Source: a virus (lineage: Duplodnaviria > Caudoviricetes). Taken from it: DNA of 63,819 bases. Shown here piece by piece: positions 36,159 to 46,536 of this stretch. The stretch lies in the IMG/VR virus record IMGVR_UViG_3300029624_000040, positions 1-63,819 of that record; one strand, written 5' to 3'. Under the pieces are notes generated by a model. The model saw nothing but the letters and a program-made list of their open reading frames with translations. It ran no database searches and was not told the origin of the DNA. Every line of letters starts with the position of its first letter. Position 1 is the stretch's first letter. A program made the position numbers and the translations under genes.

Positions 36159-36648
36159 CGCTCAACCTTTCCGTGTGCTTCTCACGAAGTTCCGTCACCG
36201 TTTTCTTGTTCTGTGGCAGGTCCGGGTTTTCAATCAGCTCGGCCTTGACATGCTCTTCCACGATAGACGGGTCAATTTTCGGCCCCGGCTTCGGTTCATC
36301 ACAATCGCGATTCGCCTTGACCGATACCGCCCCTTCACAGTTCCACCCCCGCTTCTTACAGACGGCGGCAATATCCCCCCGACCTGACACGACAGCCTCG
36401 GGGTCCACCACCATGCCGGGGCGGACCAGCTGGCCGACGTACCGCTTACCGGAGATATTCACCCCGCGACGCTTGAGTTCCTTGGCGAGTTCAGGGTTGT
36501 CCCGCCAATACTCGTCGTTCTTGTAGCCCGCCATGTAGGTGTCGTCCGTCTGGCAACCGGGCGGCTTCCGTGCCGCCAGCATGTCGGCCAGCTTGGGGTC
36601 CACACCCTCCGAGACGAGCCGGTCATACTGCTCTTCGTAGGTTTCCAT
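36151..36648 (-). CDS. hypothetical protein
   Basis: GGAG RBS. Confidence 0.7.
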   Translation of the reverse strand: METYEEQYDRLVSEGVDPKLADMLAARKPPGCQTDDTYMAGYKNDEYWRDNPELAKELKRRGVNISGKRYVGQLVRPGMVVDPEAVVSGRGDIAAVCKKRGWNCEGAVSVKANRDCDEPKPGPKIDPSIVEEHVKAELIENPDLPQNKKTVTELREKHTERLSGG

Positions 36649-36661
36649 ACACAAACTCCTT

Positions 36662-36684
36662 CAGGTGCGATTTAATCGCACCTG
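36662..36684. promoter_or_regulatory. palindromic site TGCGATTnAATCGCA, copy 4
   Basis: CAGGTGCGATTtAATCGCACCTG with perfect 11-bp arms, intergenic. Confidence 0.75.
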
Positions 36685-36685
36685 C

Positions 36686-37135
36686 TTAGCTGTTGGCGGT
36701 GAAGATGGCGCCCCAGTTGTCGGCAGCGGTCGCCACGAGAATCGCCATCGTGTTTTCCAGAATGGTGATGGCGGCGTTGGCGGAACCGTTGTTGATTTTG
36801 TCTGAGGTCGCCGGGTAAATCTTCAGGCCTGCCGAGCCGCTATTGAGCACAACCTTCACGTCCCCGGCCGCAGCACTGGGCAGAATCACGCCAGTCGTGT
36901 CGTTGCCCCCGGTCACGACATGAACGATTGCCGCCGAGCCGAGGGCGGTGGCGTCGCCTTGAACCGAACCCGCCGCAGCAGCGGTGCCGGCCTCCAGCGA
37001 CAACGCATTCAGAATGCTCGGGCTGGTGATGCTTGGACTCTGCGGGTTTTCGAGTTCGTCAATCACCCCGTCCGCATGAACCTTGCTCGCCATTGCGATG
37101 CGGAGTGCATTCTTTTCGGAATCTTCCAAAGCCAT
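36686..37135 (-). CDS. head fibre/structural protein
   Basis: GVILPSAAAGD..LKIYP.TSDKIN motif. Confidence 0.6.
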   Translation of the reverse strand: MALEDSEKNALRIAMASKVHADGVIDELENPQSPSITSPSILNALSLEAGTAAAAGSVQGDATALGSAAIVHVVTGGNDTTGVILPSAAAGDVKVVLNSGSAGLKIYPATSDKINNGSANAAITILENTMAILVATAADNWGAIFTANS

Positions 37136-37146
37136 CTCAACTCTCC

Positions 37147-37374
37147 TTAGTTAATGGACGGGCGGATGTCGCCCCGTGGGTCATCGGACAGGAAATCAGC
37201 AATCGTCTTCATCGCGGCATCATCCGCCCTTGCTTCTTGCGGCGTTAAGGTTCTCGCACCAGACGGAATCCCACCGTGCCGGTCGTTCATGTGAGCGATG
37301 AAGTCCATCGCCACCTTCACTTCCGTCGGAATCTCATCCAGCCACGGTTCGTATTCTTCACCGCCATAGCTCAT
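37147..37374 (-). CDS. hypothetical protein
   Basis: ATGA-coupled to the portal gene. Confidence 0.55.
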   Translation of the reverse strand: MSYGGEEYEPWLDEIPTEVKVAMDFIAHMNDRHGGIPSGARTLTPQEARADDAAMKTIADFLSDDPRGDIRPSIN

Positions 37375-39371
37375 ACAGGTTGGGCTTCCGGTTGGGGTTG
37401 CATTTGCTGTTGCTGCATCATCTGCCGCATGTCGGGGAACAACATCTGCTCGATGTCGTCCATCTGTCGGAGCTTGCCCCACTGTCGCAGGTACGTGTTC
37501 AGTTGCGTCGGGTCGCCGGTCGCCTGGTAATACTGGAACATCAAAGGACCGAAGCTCTGTCCCATCTGGTCCAGATTCTCTTGGTCTCTTTCCAGATTCG
37601 GTTTGCGAATCGACCCTGCCTGAATCGTGTAGTGGAACTCGCCGAGCACCCGTTCCAATGATTTCTGGTCATCCAGATTAAGCGGCTGATAGACGTGCTC
37701 CGTCCACAGTCGCGTCATCGGGCCAATCTGTTGCGTCTGACGGTCGAATGTCTCGTTGAAGATGGGGGCCACCGTTTCCGGTCCGCTGGCCCACCTCGCC
37801 ATAATCGCTTCTTTCCGTGCGACTCGGCTCTGGTGGTCCTCCACGCGGTCGGCCATATCGTCCGGCCGAATGTTGATAGCCTGCTGCTTGAGTTGGGCTT
37901 CCGATGCCGAACGCATCTGCTTGCCGCTCATGCCGTAAATGAGTTCCGACAAGCCGGACGCCTTGTCGAACTGCTGTAGCACGAACTCTGCAATCCGCCA
38001 CAAATCGGGGTTCACCTCGGGGAAGGTGATGATGTCCATTAACCCCTTGATGCCCTTGTCGTGAACAAGATTGTTGAACGGAACGACGGTTGTATCGTCC
38101 CCTGCTTCAATCGCATCCTGAACGGCCTTCTCCAAGTCCTGTGCCACACCGACCAGCATCCGGCTGGTTTTCTCAATGCGGCCCATCAGGAAGCTCATCG
38201 TCCAGTTCAGAAACTTCACGTAGGGCAGGCACGGCTTCATGTGGGCCATCGGCCATAATTTGCCCGGCACCGTATGGAAGTCCAACTCCGTAAACGGCCA
38301 CTCACCGTTGTCCAGGTAGAACGGAATCGGCCACCGCACGGACTCAATCAACGCACGCTGGTTTTCTTCCAGTGCCAAGTCAGCCTGCATCAGTGACGGC
38401 GGGACGTTCGCGGGGTACGGCAGGCCCGGAACAATCTCCAGATACACATTGTCGCCGAACCGCTCCAACGCTCCGGCCATGCCCTCGACCAGCCGGTTAT
38501 TGTCTCCTGCCACCTTGAGCCGGTTTCCAAACCCACACTTCGAGTAGACCTTGTAATAAGTCACCAGGTCCGTGGTCGTGCCTCGGCGTCTTTCATTTTC
38601 AAAGTCCGGCATCACGGAGTATTCCGCCGCCGTTCCTGCGGACTCTTCCCCGGTAGTAATCCGCCGCTTGATGTCCTGTTCGTTCAGGCCACGCTCGCGA
38701 GCAAACTTCCAAATCGGCTCCGTGACTTCCTCCGCACACCACGTCGCCTTCTTAACCGTCTCCGCATCAGGGTCCAGTAGCAGCGAACTCCACGGGCGGA
38801 AGTACGAATGCGGCAACACCATCTGCGGACTGGACTCCGGGGTGTGATAGGCGTGCCACATTACCCCCCGCCCGGCAATCAACCCGTCAACGACCAACCG
38901 TTGAGCCTCAGCCTTCAACCCCAGTTCGTTCGGCGTGTAGTTCAGAAATTGATAGAGCAGCCCCGCCGTAATCTTGTCCTTCTCGGTCGCAAACTGCCCC
39001 ATCATCCCGACCTGCTGGGCGACCTCCGGCCCATACAGTGCCGCCACAGATTCCAGGGGAATGTCAGGCCGCTTCGGCAAAACGTGACGCAGTGGGTTCC
39101 GGTAGTACATCGTCGGTGCGAATAACTGCACCAACTCTGCGACCTTGTTGAACTGCGTTTTGAACGTGACCGAAGGAATATTGTCCCACTGCATCGCGTC
39201 CTTGTCGGGACTCTTGTGCTTGTAGAGCCAGTCGCGAGTGCCGTAGTAGAACTGGAAGCAGTCGTGCGCAACCTCCCCGAAGTCATCGGTGCGATGCTTT
39301 TTCGCCTGCTGGATGAGCGCGGTCCACGCTTCAACCAGTGGCCGTAGCGGATTGTCAGGCAGCGGCGTCAT
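37371..39371 (-). CDS. portal protein
   Basis: 666 aa downstream of terminase; DGLIAGRGV, LLLDPDA, ASGLSELIYG..SASEAQL, Q-rich tail. Confidence 0.88.
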   Translation of the reverse strand: MTPLPDNPLRPLVEAWTALIQQAKKHRTDDFGEVAHDCFQFYYGTRDWLYKHKSPDKDAMQWDNIPSVTFKTQFNKVAELVQLFAPTMYYRNPLRHVLPKRPDIPLESVAALYGPEVAQQVGMMGQFATEKDKITAGLLYQFLNYTPNELGLKAEAQRLVVDGLIAGRGVMWHAYHTPESSPQMVLPHSYFRPWSSLLLDPDAETVKKATWCAEEVTEPIWKFARERGLNEQDIKRRITTGEESAGTAAEYSVMPDFENERRRGTTTDLVTYYKVYSKCGFGNRLKVAGDNNRLVEGMAGALERFGDNVYLEIVPGLPYPANVPPSLMQADLALEENQRALIESVRWPIPFYLDNGEWPFTELDFHTVPGKLWPMAHMKPCLPYVKFLNWTMSFLMGRIEKTSRMLVGVAQDLEKAVQDAIEAGDDTTVVPFNNLVHDKGIKGLMDIITFPEVNPDLWRIAEFVLQQFDKASGLSELIYGMSGKQMRSASEAQLKQQAINIRPDDMADRVEDHQSRVARKEAIMARWASGPETVAPIFNETFDRQTQQIGPMTRLWTEHVYQPLNLDDQKSLERVLGEFHYTIQAGSIRKPNLERDQENLDQMGQSFGPLMFQYYQATGDPTQLNTYLRQWGKLRQMDDIEQMLFPDMRQMMQQQQMQPQPEAQPV

Positions 39372-39739
39372 GCGTCATTTTTCTTTGGACGACCCGGACC
39401 TCGCTTCTGACCGACCTTCTCCTCCAACTTGGAGAACAGGTCGTCAATAATCTTGTCGCGAGTCGTTAGTTCCCACGTTCCGTTTTGAGCCACTTGCTTG
39501 GCTTCAATCGTGTTGTGAACGTGAGGGTCGTCCACATGCCGCACATTCCACTTCGGGGACTGACGAACCCCGTTAATACTGACGGTATCATACACAATCA
39601 GCGTCAACGTGTTCACCCCAACACATTGCACGACGGCAGGCAAGGCCGTTTCTTTGCCAATCCATCGCACCGTGTCACCTACGCCGACGCGCGGGGGCAC
39701 GAATTCCGGGTTTTTAACTTTGGCAGGAGGGGTTTCCAT
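39368..39739 (-). CDS. hypothetical protein
   Basis: Between terminase and portal; C-terminal GPGRPKK. Confidence 0.7.
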   Translation of the reverse strand: METPPAKVKNPEFVPPRVGVGDTVRWIGKETALPAVVQCVGVNTLTLIVYDTVSINGVRQSPKWNVRHVDDPHVHNTIEAKQVAQNGTWELTTRDKIIDDLFSKLEEKVGQKRGPGRPKKNDA

Positions 39740-39757
39740 GCTTTCATCCTTGAGGGG

Positions 39758-41455
39758 TTAGCTAATCGACACGCTCCGGCGTGCCTTGTTCTTCCGGCTC
39801 AACTTCTTCATCCGCTCGTCTTTGGCGGTGAGTGGTCTCTGCGGTGGCTTGGGTTTCTGGTAAATCACGTCCGCGAGAAACGATGCCCCGTACTCCAAAC
39901 ACATCAGCAAGTCGTTGTGGTCGTGCGGGTCGTACTTCCGCTGGTCCCCGTCCTTTTTGGGGTCGTAGAACGCATCCTTGATTTGGACCGGCAACCGCTG
40001 ACAGTTGCTATGAATTCGGAGCCTCGGAACACCGTCCGGGTTGAACGGGTTCGGGTCCATCAACCGGCGCAGCTTTTCTTCTCGAATGTGAGACTTCTTC
40101 TCACCCTTGATGAAGCCCGAGGCTGTCCCTTGAGAGAAGATGTCCTTGGACATAAGGGCCAGCGAATACTCCTCGGTGTTCGAGCGGCCCGATGCTGTTC
40201 CCTGTCGTCCGTAGGAATCATCCACCAGAAACCACATGAACCCGCCGCGGGTGTCCGGTCCCATTGCAGAGTTCACGACCTCGGCAAACTTCCGAGCGTG
40301 ACACTGCTCAATGACCTGCTCATACCAGACGTGAACCTCACCTCGGTTCGGGTGGGGTTTTTCGGCCAGCGTGTAGTCCGGGGCCAAGGCCATGAACAGC
40401 ACGCCGCATTTCTGCACGCCGGGGTCCACAATCATCGCCCGGCACCAGTCTCTCGGAATCGAGAAGTTCTTGACCGTGTGCAGGTCTTCGTCAAACGTGG
40501 CGTAGACCATCCGCTCGTCGAGCGTGAAGTCTCCGTACCATGCAATCTTCCGCTGGCGTTCGGTCAGCAGGCCGTCGAAGAACTCCTTCTTCTCTGCCGT
40601 TGAGAAGAATGGGTTGTCCTTCATCAAGAGCTTGAAGGACTGCAATGCCTTTGGGTCGTTATTGAACGCTTGACTTCGTCGATACTGCGTGTGTAGCCAC
40701 GGCAAACTGATTTCCGGTGTAGCCGAGTAGATGCCTTGGGCACGCTTGCCGCCTGTGCCCACCCGCTTAACAAGCTGGTCCGGCCAGTCGCGGTTCTGGA
40801 CTTCCTCGTCAATCCACCAGAAGTTGATTGCTGTACCAGCCTGCGGGTCGCCGAGTGACGAGTAAAACTGCACTTCCCAGTCATTCTTCAGGCGGATTGC
40901 TTTAGGCAATCGGTCCTTCCGGCTTTCCCAACTGATACTCTTAATCTCTCGCGGCGGGATGACAGGGGCCGCTTCCTGCCACTTTTCCCGGTAGGCGGCG
41001 TCGTACTCATTATCCGGCACCACGGGACGCCACTCGCGGGTTTCCTCATCACGGATGATGTAGAACATCCCCGGCTGCAACAGTTTGGCAGCCATCACCT
41101 TGCCGACGTGCTTCCAGTCGTAACCGACGGCGTAAATCAGGCCGTCCGTTTTCGGATGCTCGTTATAGGGGTGAACCCCCATTGCAATCATCCCGGCCTC
41201 GGCAACAGCCGTGGACGTTTTGCCGGAACGGTTGCCACCGATTAAGAGACGTAGCCTCGCATCGCTTTGGTGAAACGCCTCGGCATCCGGCACGGGCTGG
41301 TAGCACTTCAGGGCTTCCATCCCCCGATTCGCAATCTCCTGAATCGCACGCGCAGCAAAGCGTCGCTGGGATTGGCTCAACCCCTGCGGCTTAGGCGGCG
41401 CAACAGGCATGACTGCCTGTGACGACTCACTGGTTGGAATCGGCGGGAGAGTCAT
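39758..41455 (-). CDS. terL: terminase large subunit
   Basis: GGNRSGKT Walker A, WIDEE Walker B, SATP, IVDPG nuclease, HNDLL. Confidence 0.93.
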   Translation of the reverse strand: MTLPPIPTSESSQAVMPVAPPKPQGLSQSQRRFAARAIQEIANRGMEALKCYQPVPDAEAFHQSDARLRLLIGGNRSGKTSTAVAEAGMIAMGVHPYNEHPKTDGLIYAVGYDWKHVGKVMAAKLLQPGMFYIIRDEETREWRPVVPDNEYDAAYREKWQEAAPVIPPREIKSISWESRKDRLPKAIRLKNDWEVQFYSSLGDPQAGTAINFWWIDEEVQNRDWPDQLVKRVGTGGKRAQGIYSATPEISLPWLHTQYRRSQAFNNDPKALQSFKLLMKDNPFFSTAEKKEFFDGLLTERQRKIAWYGDFTLDERMVYATFDEDLHTVKNFSIPRDWCRAMIVDPGVQKCGVLFMALAPDYTLAEKPHPNRGEVHVWYEQVIEQCHARKFAEVVNSAMGPDTRGGFMWFLVDDSYGRQGTASGRSNTEEYSLALMSKDIFSQGTASGFIKGEKKSHIREEKLRRLMDPNPFNPDGVPRLRIHSNCQRLPVQIKDAFYDPKKDGDQRKYDPHDHNDLLMCLEYGASFLADVIYQKPKPPQRPLTAKDERMKKLSRKNKARRSVSIS

Positions 41456-41756
41456 CCATTCCTTTCAGCACCAATCCGAGTGCGTCCTTCAACTCGTCGT
41501 CTGACATTGAGTGAACGTCCAAAGCGTCCAACTGCAATTTCTGGTTTCGCTCCATCGCCGTGACCACGATGTCGGCGATTCGGGCCTTAACGTGCTGCGG
41601 GCTATCCGGGTCCGTGGCAACGCGGTGGATGTACCGAACCGTGCCTTCAATCCCGCCGAACTGCTCGACCAGCGCAGTCGTGAAGTCGCCGTAATCGGTC
41701 GAGCCGATGGCGTCCGCCTTCAACTCGCTGATGATGTCGCCGGGGGTTACTGGCAC
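41427..41756 (-). CDS. possible terminase small subunit
   Basis: Helical ORF overlapping the terL start; ends MSDDELK. Confidence 0.5.
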   Translation of the reverse strand: MPVTPGDIISELKADAIGSTDYGDFTTALVEQFGGIEGTVRYIHRVATDPDSPQHVKARIADIVVTAMERNQKLQLDALDVHSMSDDELKDALGLVLKGMDDSPADSNQ

Positions 41757-41943
41757 TCGCCTTTCCTTGTTCGATAGGTATCCGCTGCTCCGGTCCTGCT
41801 GCGGTAGTTCGCGGCCGACTTCTTGGACGCCGTGCGGTAGTTATCCGCCATGCGGTCCTGCGACCCACGGTACGGGCAAGGCGGCTTAGTGAAGTCTGTT
41901 CCGAAGCAGTACGGGTACAGTCCGATTGGGGCCTTGAATCCCA

Positions 41944-43275
41944 TTATTCAACCCCCGTAATCGGGTCAGCGTTTGCGTCCGTCGCCACCGTGTAGGTGTT
42001 GAACGTGCTATCATCCCCCGGCTTCTTGGCGGTCAGCGTGTCGCCGCTCAGCGATGAGTTGGTGGCAATCAGCACGAGCGCGCCGAGACTGTGTTTGTCG
42101 GCGGTGTCTTGGATGTTGCTGGCCGCACGGTTTAGCACTGCGTCGGCAACCTGCGTGGAGGTCGAGACACGGTCGAACCCAGCCTCCAATGAGTCGGTTG
42201 TATTGTTAAACGTGCTCCAATCAGCGGTCACGCCTTTCGATGCCAGCTTGGCGATAATTGAGTCGTCGACTACGTCATCGGATTCAGCAACAGCAACCAG
42301 GTGATCCAGCCCGATTGCCGCGAGACGCGCATCAATATCGGCGGTCGTCAGCGTGGAAAATCCAGTTGCGGTAATCCACGCCGTATCGCCTCGGTCCCTC
42401 AACGCCTGAAGCGAGTCGGTCGTGTTGTCGTAATCGTCCCAGTCGGCGGTCGACTCTTTGCTAACCAGCCGTGCCACAATCGAGTTGTCCGTCACGTCGG
42501 CACCGGCCACGGAAGCCGAGACGATATGGTCGAGGCCGATGTCCGACAGGGCCGTGTCGACTGTTGCGTTAATCTCAGCCACCGCATCAGCCGCCAGAGC
42601 ATCCGCATCAATGGCGTCGGTCGCAATCACCGTGGCTGTAATCGCCCCGCTCGCAAACTTCGCCGAGGTAAGCGCTCCCGAGGCAATCTTCGATGCGGCA
42701 ATCGCATTGTCCGCAATCTTGGTCGACGTAATCGCATCAGTGGCGATAGACGTTGCCGTAATCGCGTTCGCTGCAATATCCCCGGCCGCAATGGTCGCCG
42801 GAGCCTTGCCGCTCGACAGATTGACCTCGCCCGTTCCAGTCCCGACCTTGAGCGTCACCGCCGGGTAGCCTGCTGTGGCAGGAGTGGCGACGGGCGAGCC
42901 GTTCCAGTGCGTCGCATTGACCGGCAAAACAGTCTCGCTGAAATCAGTCGGATACATCGCCGACGCATTGCCATACGTCTCGACAATAAAGTGCTGGTCT
43001 TCCACGGCCTTTGTCGCCGAGTCCGTCACCTGCACGTTCAGCGTTTTCGCCTGAAGCTCCGCGTCCGAAAACACGAACTTCCAGCCGATGTCCGTGACAA
43101 AAGTCGGTAGCGTGCCGATGTTCGCAGCCGCACCGCCGTCTTTTGAGACCTTGACATCCCCGGCCGCGGGCGTCCAATCGGCACCGACGGCATGGTCGAC
43201 CGACCCCGCCTTAATCATGGGGATGATAACATCAGCCCCGGTGCCCGTGCCGTATTTGCGGAGTATCGCACTCAT
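41944..43275 (-). CDS. structural/fibre protein with 10-aa repeats and an internal duplication
   Basis: AITxxKIAxx repeats; IGLDH...DW...NTTDSL occurs twice. Confidence 0.7.
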   Translation of the reverse strand: MSAILRKYGTGTGADVIIPMIKAGSVDHAVGADWTPAAGDVKVSKDGGAAANIGTLPTFVTDIGWKFVFSDAELQAKTLNVQVTDSATKAVEDQHFIVETYGNASAMYPTDFSETVLPVNATHWNGSPVATPATAGYPAVTLKVGTGTGEVNLSSGKAPATIAAGDIAANAITATSIATDAITSTKIADNAIAASKIASGALTSAKFASGAITATVIATDAIDADALAADAVAEINATVDTALSDIGLDHIVSASVAGADVTDNSIVARLVSKESTADWDDYDNTTDSLQALRDRGDTAWITATGFSTLTTADIDARLAAIGLDHLVAVAESDDVVDDSIIAKLASKGVTADWSTFNNTTDSLEAGFDRVSTSTQVADAVLNRAASNIQDTADKHSLGALVLIATNSSLSGDTLTAKKPGDDSTFNTYTVATDANADPITGVE

Positions 43276-44009
43276 CAGCAGCATCCTCCGAGCATGACGC
43301 CACGATTAAGGCCACGGATGCCGCGCTCGATTTGCGTTAAACTAGGAGGCACAACTACCACCCCGTCATCCACCCGCCTCGGTCCGGTCGGTCGCACGAG
43401 TGGCGGGTGAGCGGCATCGGTCGGTGCGCCTGCTCCGACAGTAAGGTCTTCCGAATCAGTGCCGCGGTCCTTCAGGTCGCTCGCGTTATAGAGCGGCCAA
43501 TAGTGATTGAGCTTGCCCAAAAAACGAGGCGACAGCCCCTTGCCGAACGCCTCCATCTGCCCCCGTGATAACACGCGGTCGACGGCAAACACCTCAGACA
43601 GACGGCCGTCATGTCCGGAAAACACTGAATCATTAACGCCGATCGTGGTTAATGTCCCGTGAGGCTGGATTTCTCCTCCGGAGTTGCTTGTCTTTGCGGT
43701 GTGCTGTGAGTTTGCGACCAACCGATAGTCCAGAGTCGACGAGTCATACGACACGCAAATCCGCACACGGTCGCCGCTAGCCGCGGCTGTGAGGTTCAGA
43801 AACTCAAATCGGCCTTGAAATCGCACCACGTCCGGAAACGGGCGGCGAATAAACCAGCCCGAATTGGACGGTCCGCCACTACGCCCAACCAAGTCTCGCG
43901 TGTCGCTATCGTCAAACTCCACGACAAAGCCAAACGTGAACGACGCACCGGACTCTAGAAACGGAACATCCGCCGTGAAATGAGTGCTGCCGTCTAGGTC
44001 AACCGCCAT
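43275..44009 (-). CDS. LamG/ConA-like lectin domain protein
   Basis: DGRLSEVFAVDRVLS..HYWPL. Confidence 0.7.
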   Translation of the reverse strand: MAVDLDGSTHFTADVPFLESGASFTFGFVVEFDDSDTRDLVGRSGGPSNSGWFIRRPFPDVVRFQGRFEFLNLTAAASGDRVRICVSYDSSTLDYRLVANSQHTAKTSNSGGEIQPHGTLTTIGVNDSVFSGHDGRLSEVFAVDRVLSRGQMEAFGKGLSPRFLGKLNHYWPLYNASDLKDRGTDSEDLTVGAGAPTDAAHPPLVRPTGPRRVDDGVVVVPPSLTQIERGIRGLNRGVMLGGCC

Positions 44010-44497
44010 CAGGTCACCGGTATGTCAATATCGAGTTGCTTGAAGAGCAGGTCGCCGGATAGGTCATCGGCCGACGCCGCAATTCGCTCAAACAATTGCT
44101 CGACCATATCCCCCGCAACCCACCCAAGGTTGGCCAGCGTTTCCGTCCACGTCAGTACGTCTCGCTCTCCCGTCGTGTCGCTAATTGAGAGATCGCCGCT
44201 GTCCTCATTCGTGTACGTGCCCTCAATCGTTTCACCGTCGGCGATTGCACGATGCCCGAGCCGAAGCTGCACGTTTTTCGACGCGGCTCCCGTTGCCGGC
44301 CGGCAGTGAACGGTGAATGTGACTGTTCCGGTCGCGTTATCAGGCACGACAAAATGCGACCGCAGTTGCTCGGTCACGGTGTCATCTAGCGCCCAGTAAT
44401 ACTCGTCGACATTCGTGTTATCGACGTACTCAACGTCCGGCGTGTTGTCCTCGTCGGGCGTCCAAGCCGCGAACGGGAATTCGTACTTAATGCTCAC
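44009..44497 (-). CDS. structural protein
   Basis: Coupled ORF, beta-rich. Confidence 0.65.
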   Translation of the reverse strand: MSIKYEFPFAAWTPDEDNTPDVEYVDNTNVDEYYWALDDTVTEQLRSHFVVPDNATGTVTFTVHCRPATGAASKNVQLRLGHRAIADGETIEGTYTNEDSGDLSISDTTGERDVLTWTETLANLGWVAGDMVEQLFERIAASADDLSGDLLFKQLDIDIPVT

Positions 44498-45102
44498 GCC
44501 CTGACCTCCGGTATTTCAATCGCCTCAGCCTCGGCGGCGGTGGTGGCGTTTTCAATTTGCCGGTTGATGCTGATTCGCTGTTGTCGCCGGGCCGAGAACT
44601 CCGCCATTAAAGGCAAGCCGAACGCCAGAAACTCCGTACCCGTGAGCAGCCCATCATCAGCCGAGCCGGGCACCGGCGTTGACGCCCCACGCGGATAAAG
44701 CGGCACCCCCGTGGATGTCACCTGCGCCACCGATAGAGCCGTCGCGGCGAGAAGTGCGTCCGCCAGTTCCTGTTCGTCATCCGCCTCGGAATTAAACGTG
44801 TAGTCCGTCTCTCCGACCGTAATGGTCACGCCTTCGGACTGCCGGGACTCGACCAGTTGTGCAAGGGCACTGCGCTTCGCCGACCTTGCCGCCGCCAGAG
44901 ACGCCGCCGCATCAACCGCGTCCTTCTCCGGCTGGGTCATCTCCACGACCGAGCCGTCGACGATTTTGCGATACTGCTGAGGTATCGCCTGCACCGCCGC
45001 CGCCGTTGCGCGGTCGGTAATCAGCACGATCCCATCGCCCGGCGCATCAGGCGTGTGCACCGGGTAGGCCCGGAGAGTCGTTTTGTCGACAGCGAGAGCC
45101 AT
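44494..45102 (-). CDS. tail-fibre assembly-like (DUF4376-like) protein
   Basis: KIVDGSVVEMT..IENATTAAEAEAI. Confidence 0.55.
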   Translation of the reverse strand: MALAVDKTTLRAYPVHTPDAPGDGIVLITDRATAAAVQAIPQQYRKIVDGSVVEMTQPEKDAVDAAASLAAARSAKRSALAQLVESRQSEGVTITVGETDYTFNSEADDEQELADALLAATALSVAQVTSTGVPLYPRGASTPVPGSADDGLLTGTEFLAFGLPLMAEFSARRQQRISINRQIENATTAAEAEAIEIPEVRA

Positions 45103-45105
45103 GCG

Positions 45106-45489
45106 TTACTCTCCCTTGCGGTTGGTAAAACCGTCCGCTGTTTCCCGCAGCGATTTTATCTCGCCCAGCAACAGCCGGTGGTCTTCTTCTCGCTCTTTCC
45201 GGTCTTCCGCTCGCTCCCTCAAGCGGTCCTCCTTGTCTTCCCGTCGCATTTCACGGAACGCAGAAACAACCTCTTTCAAGGCCTGTGTGAATAGTTGGTC
45301 TCGTTTCGGTAAGGCCTTCGTGTTTTGGTGCCAGAGATACCATGCAAGCACCCCGCCGCTTCCGGCAGCCGTCGCCCATTGACCCCAGCCGGCAGCCGAG
45401 ATGCCCGTTGCGTCTGCGAACACACCCGCCGCAGCAACCCCTGCTGAACCGACAGCGAACAGAAACTCTCCAATACTCATGCCGTGCAT
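45106..45489 (-). CDS. holin-like membrane protein
   Basis: Hydrophobic N-half, charged C-half. Confidence 0.45.
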   Translation of the reverse strand: MHGMSIGEFLFAVGSAGVAAAGVFADATGISAAGWGQWATAAGSGGVLAWYLWHQNTKALPKRDQLFTQALKEVVSAFREMRREDKEDRLRERAEDRKEREEDHRLLLGEIKSLRETADGFTNRKGE

Positions 45490-45520
45490 CCCTGCTACCC
45501 CGCTGGCCCGCGGGCGCCCC

Positions 45521-45967
45521 TTAATTTACGTCGATCGCTTCAACTTTAATTCGTCGCCCGTTGACTCGAATCGCACTGCAAACCGCGAGGCATCGCAGGT
45601 AGTCGTCTCGCTCAGCCACCGGGTCTTTAATCAGCAGCAGCACCACCGGCTCGCGGTCGAAGGCGATGGAATAGAGCACCGCCTGACCGATGGATTCCTC
45701 CCACTTCGACGCCCACTCGACTTCGATTGCTTCGGTATCCGTGAGGATGTCGCAGCGGCTCCCGTCCGGTGTGCGGGCTTCGGCAATGCCGCCTGACTCT
45801 TGAGCCAGGTACGCACTCCAAATCGTCTCGCGGTCGCTCGGTTGTGGGCGTGCGATGCGCGGCGACTCCACCCCGACCGACGGCGATTCCTGAGCGGGCA
45901 GGCTGACCATCGACAGCAGCATCGCAGCCGCGGCGACCATGTGCTCCCAGTGCCTCATTCGCTCCAT
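45521..45967 (-). CDS. signal-peptide-bearing PD-(D/E)XK-fold protein
   Basis: GSRCDILTDTEAIEVEW..SIGQAVLY (K replaced by E). Confidence 0.6.
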   Translation of the reverse strand: MERMRHWEHMVAAAAMLLSMVSLPAQESPSVGVESPRIARPQPSDRETIWSAYLAQESGGIAEARTPDGSRCDILTDTEAIEVEWASKWEESIGQAVLYSIAFDREPVVLLLIKDPVAERDDYLRCLAVCSAIRVNGRRIKVEAIDVN

Positions 45968-46425
45968 CCTTCCGGCGCTCCGAGACCGATGTCGTATTGC
46001 GTGTCCGTGTCGGTATCCGTGACGGCTGGCGGTTGCGCCGGTTCAGTCCGGTCGGATGTCAGTGCGTCGATAATCGCCGGGGCTGCGATACCCGCCCCGA
46101 GACCGGTTCCTGCGAGTGCAATTCCGCCCGCCAAGGCCGCAGCTTTTAAGAGTCCGCCGCCCGAACGCGCGGGCGAGGATTGCGTGATCGTTACGTCGCC
46201 GAGATAGGTGTCGCCCATCTCTTCATCCTCAGCGGTTTTGTCCTGCCAGAAGTTCCGACGCACGTATCGGTTCTCCGCTTCCTCATTCTTGGCCTGACGC
46301 TCCATTGCCGCCTTGAGGCTCTGATACCCCAGCAGGCCGTTCGCCAGATTGATTCGCCCCCGCTTCATCCAATAGTCCTTCGTCAGAACTTCCGGTGATT
46401 TCTCGGATGATGCGGTGGTACTCAT
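45955..46425 (-). CDS. hypothetical membrane protein
   Basis: One hydrophobic segment. Confidence 0.65.
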   Translation of the reverse strand: MSTTASSEKSPEVLTKDYWMKRGRINLANGLLGYQSLKAAMERQAKNEEAENRYVRRNFWQDKTAEDEEMGDTYLGDVTITQSSPARSGGGLLKAAALAGGIALAGTGLGAGIAAPAIIDALTSDRTEPAQPPAVTDTDTDTQYDIGLGAPEGWSE

Positions 46426-46536
46426 CGGGGTCGTCTTCCTGAATGGCTTCGATCAGTCGCGAGAAGCGGGCCGAATCCCGCTCCCGCGCTGATCGGTTAT
46501 CGGCGATGATTCGCCGCAGCGTGTCCTCGACCGGCA

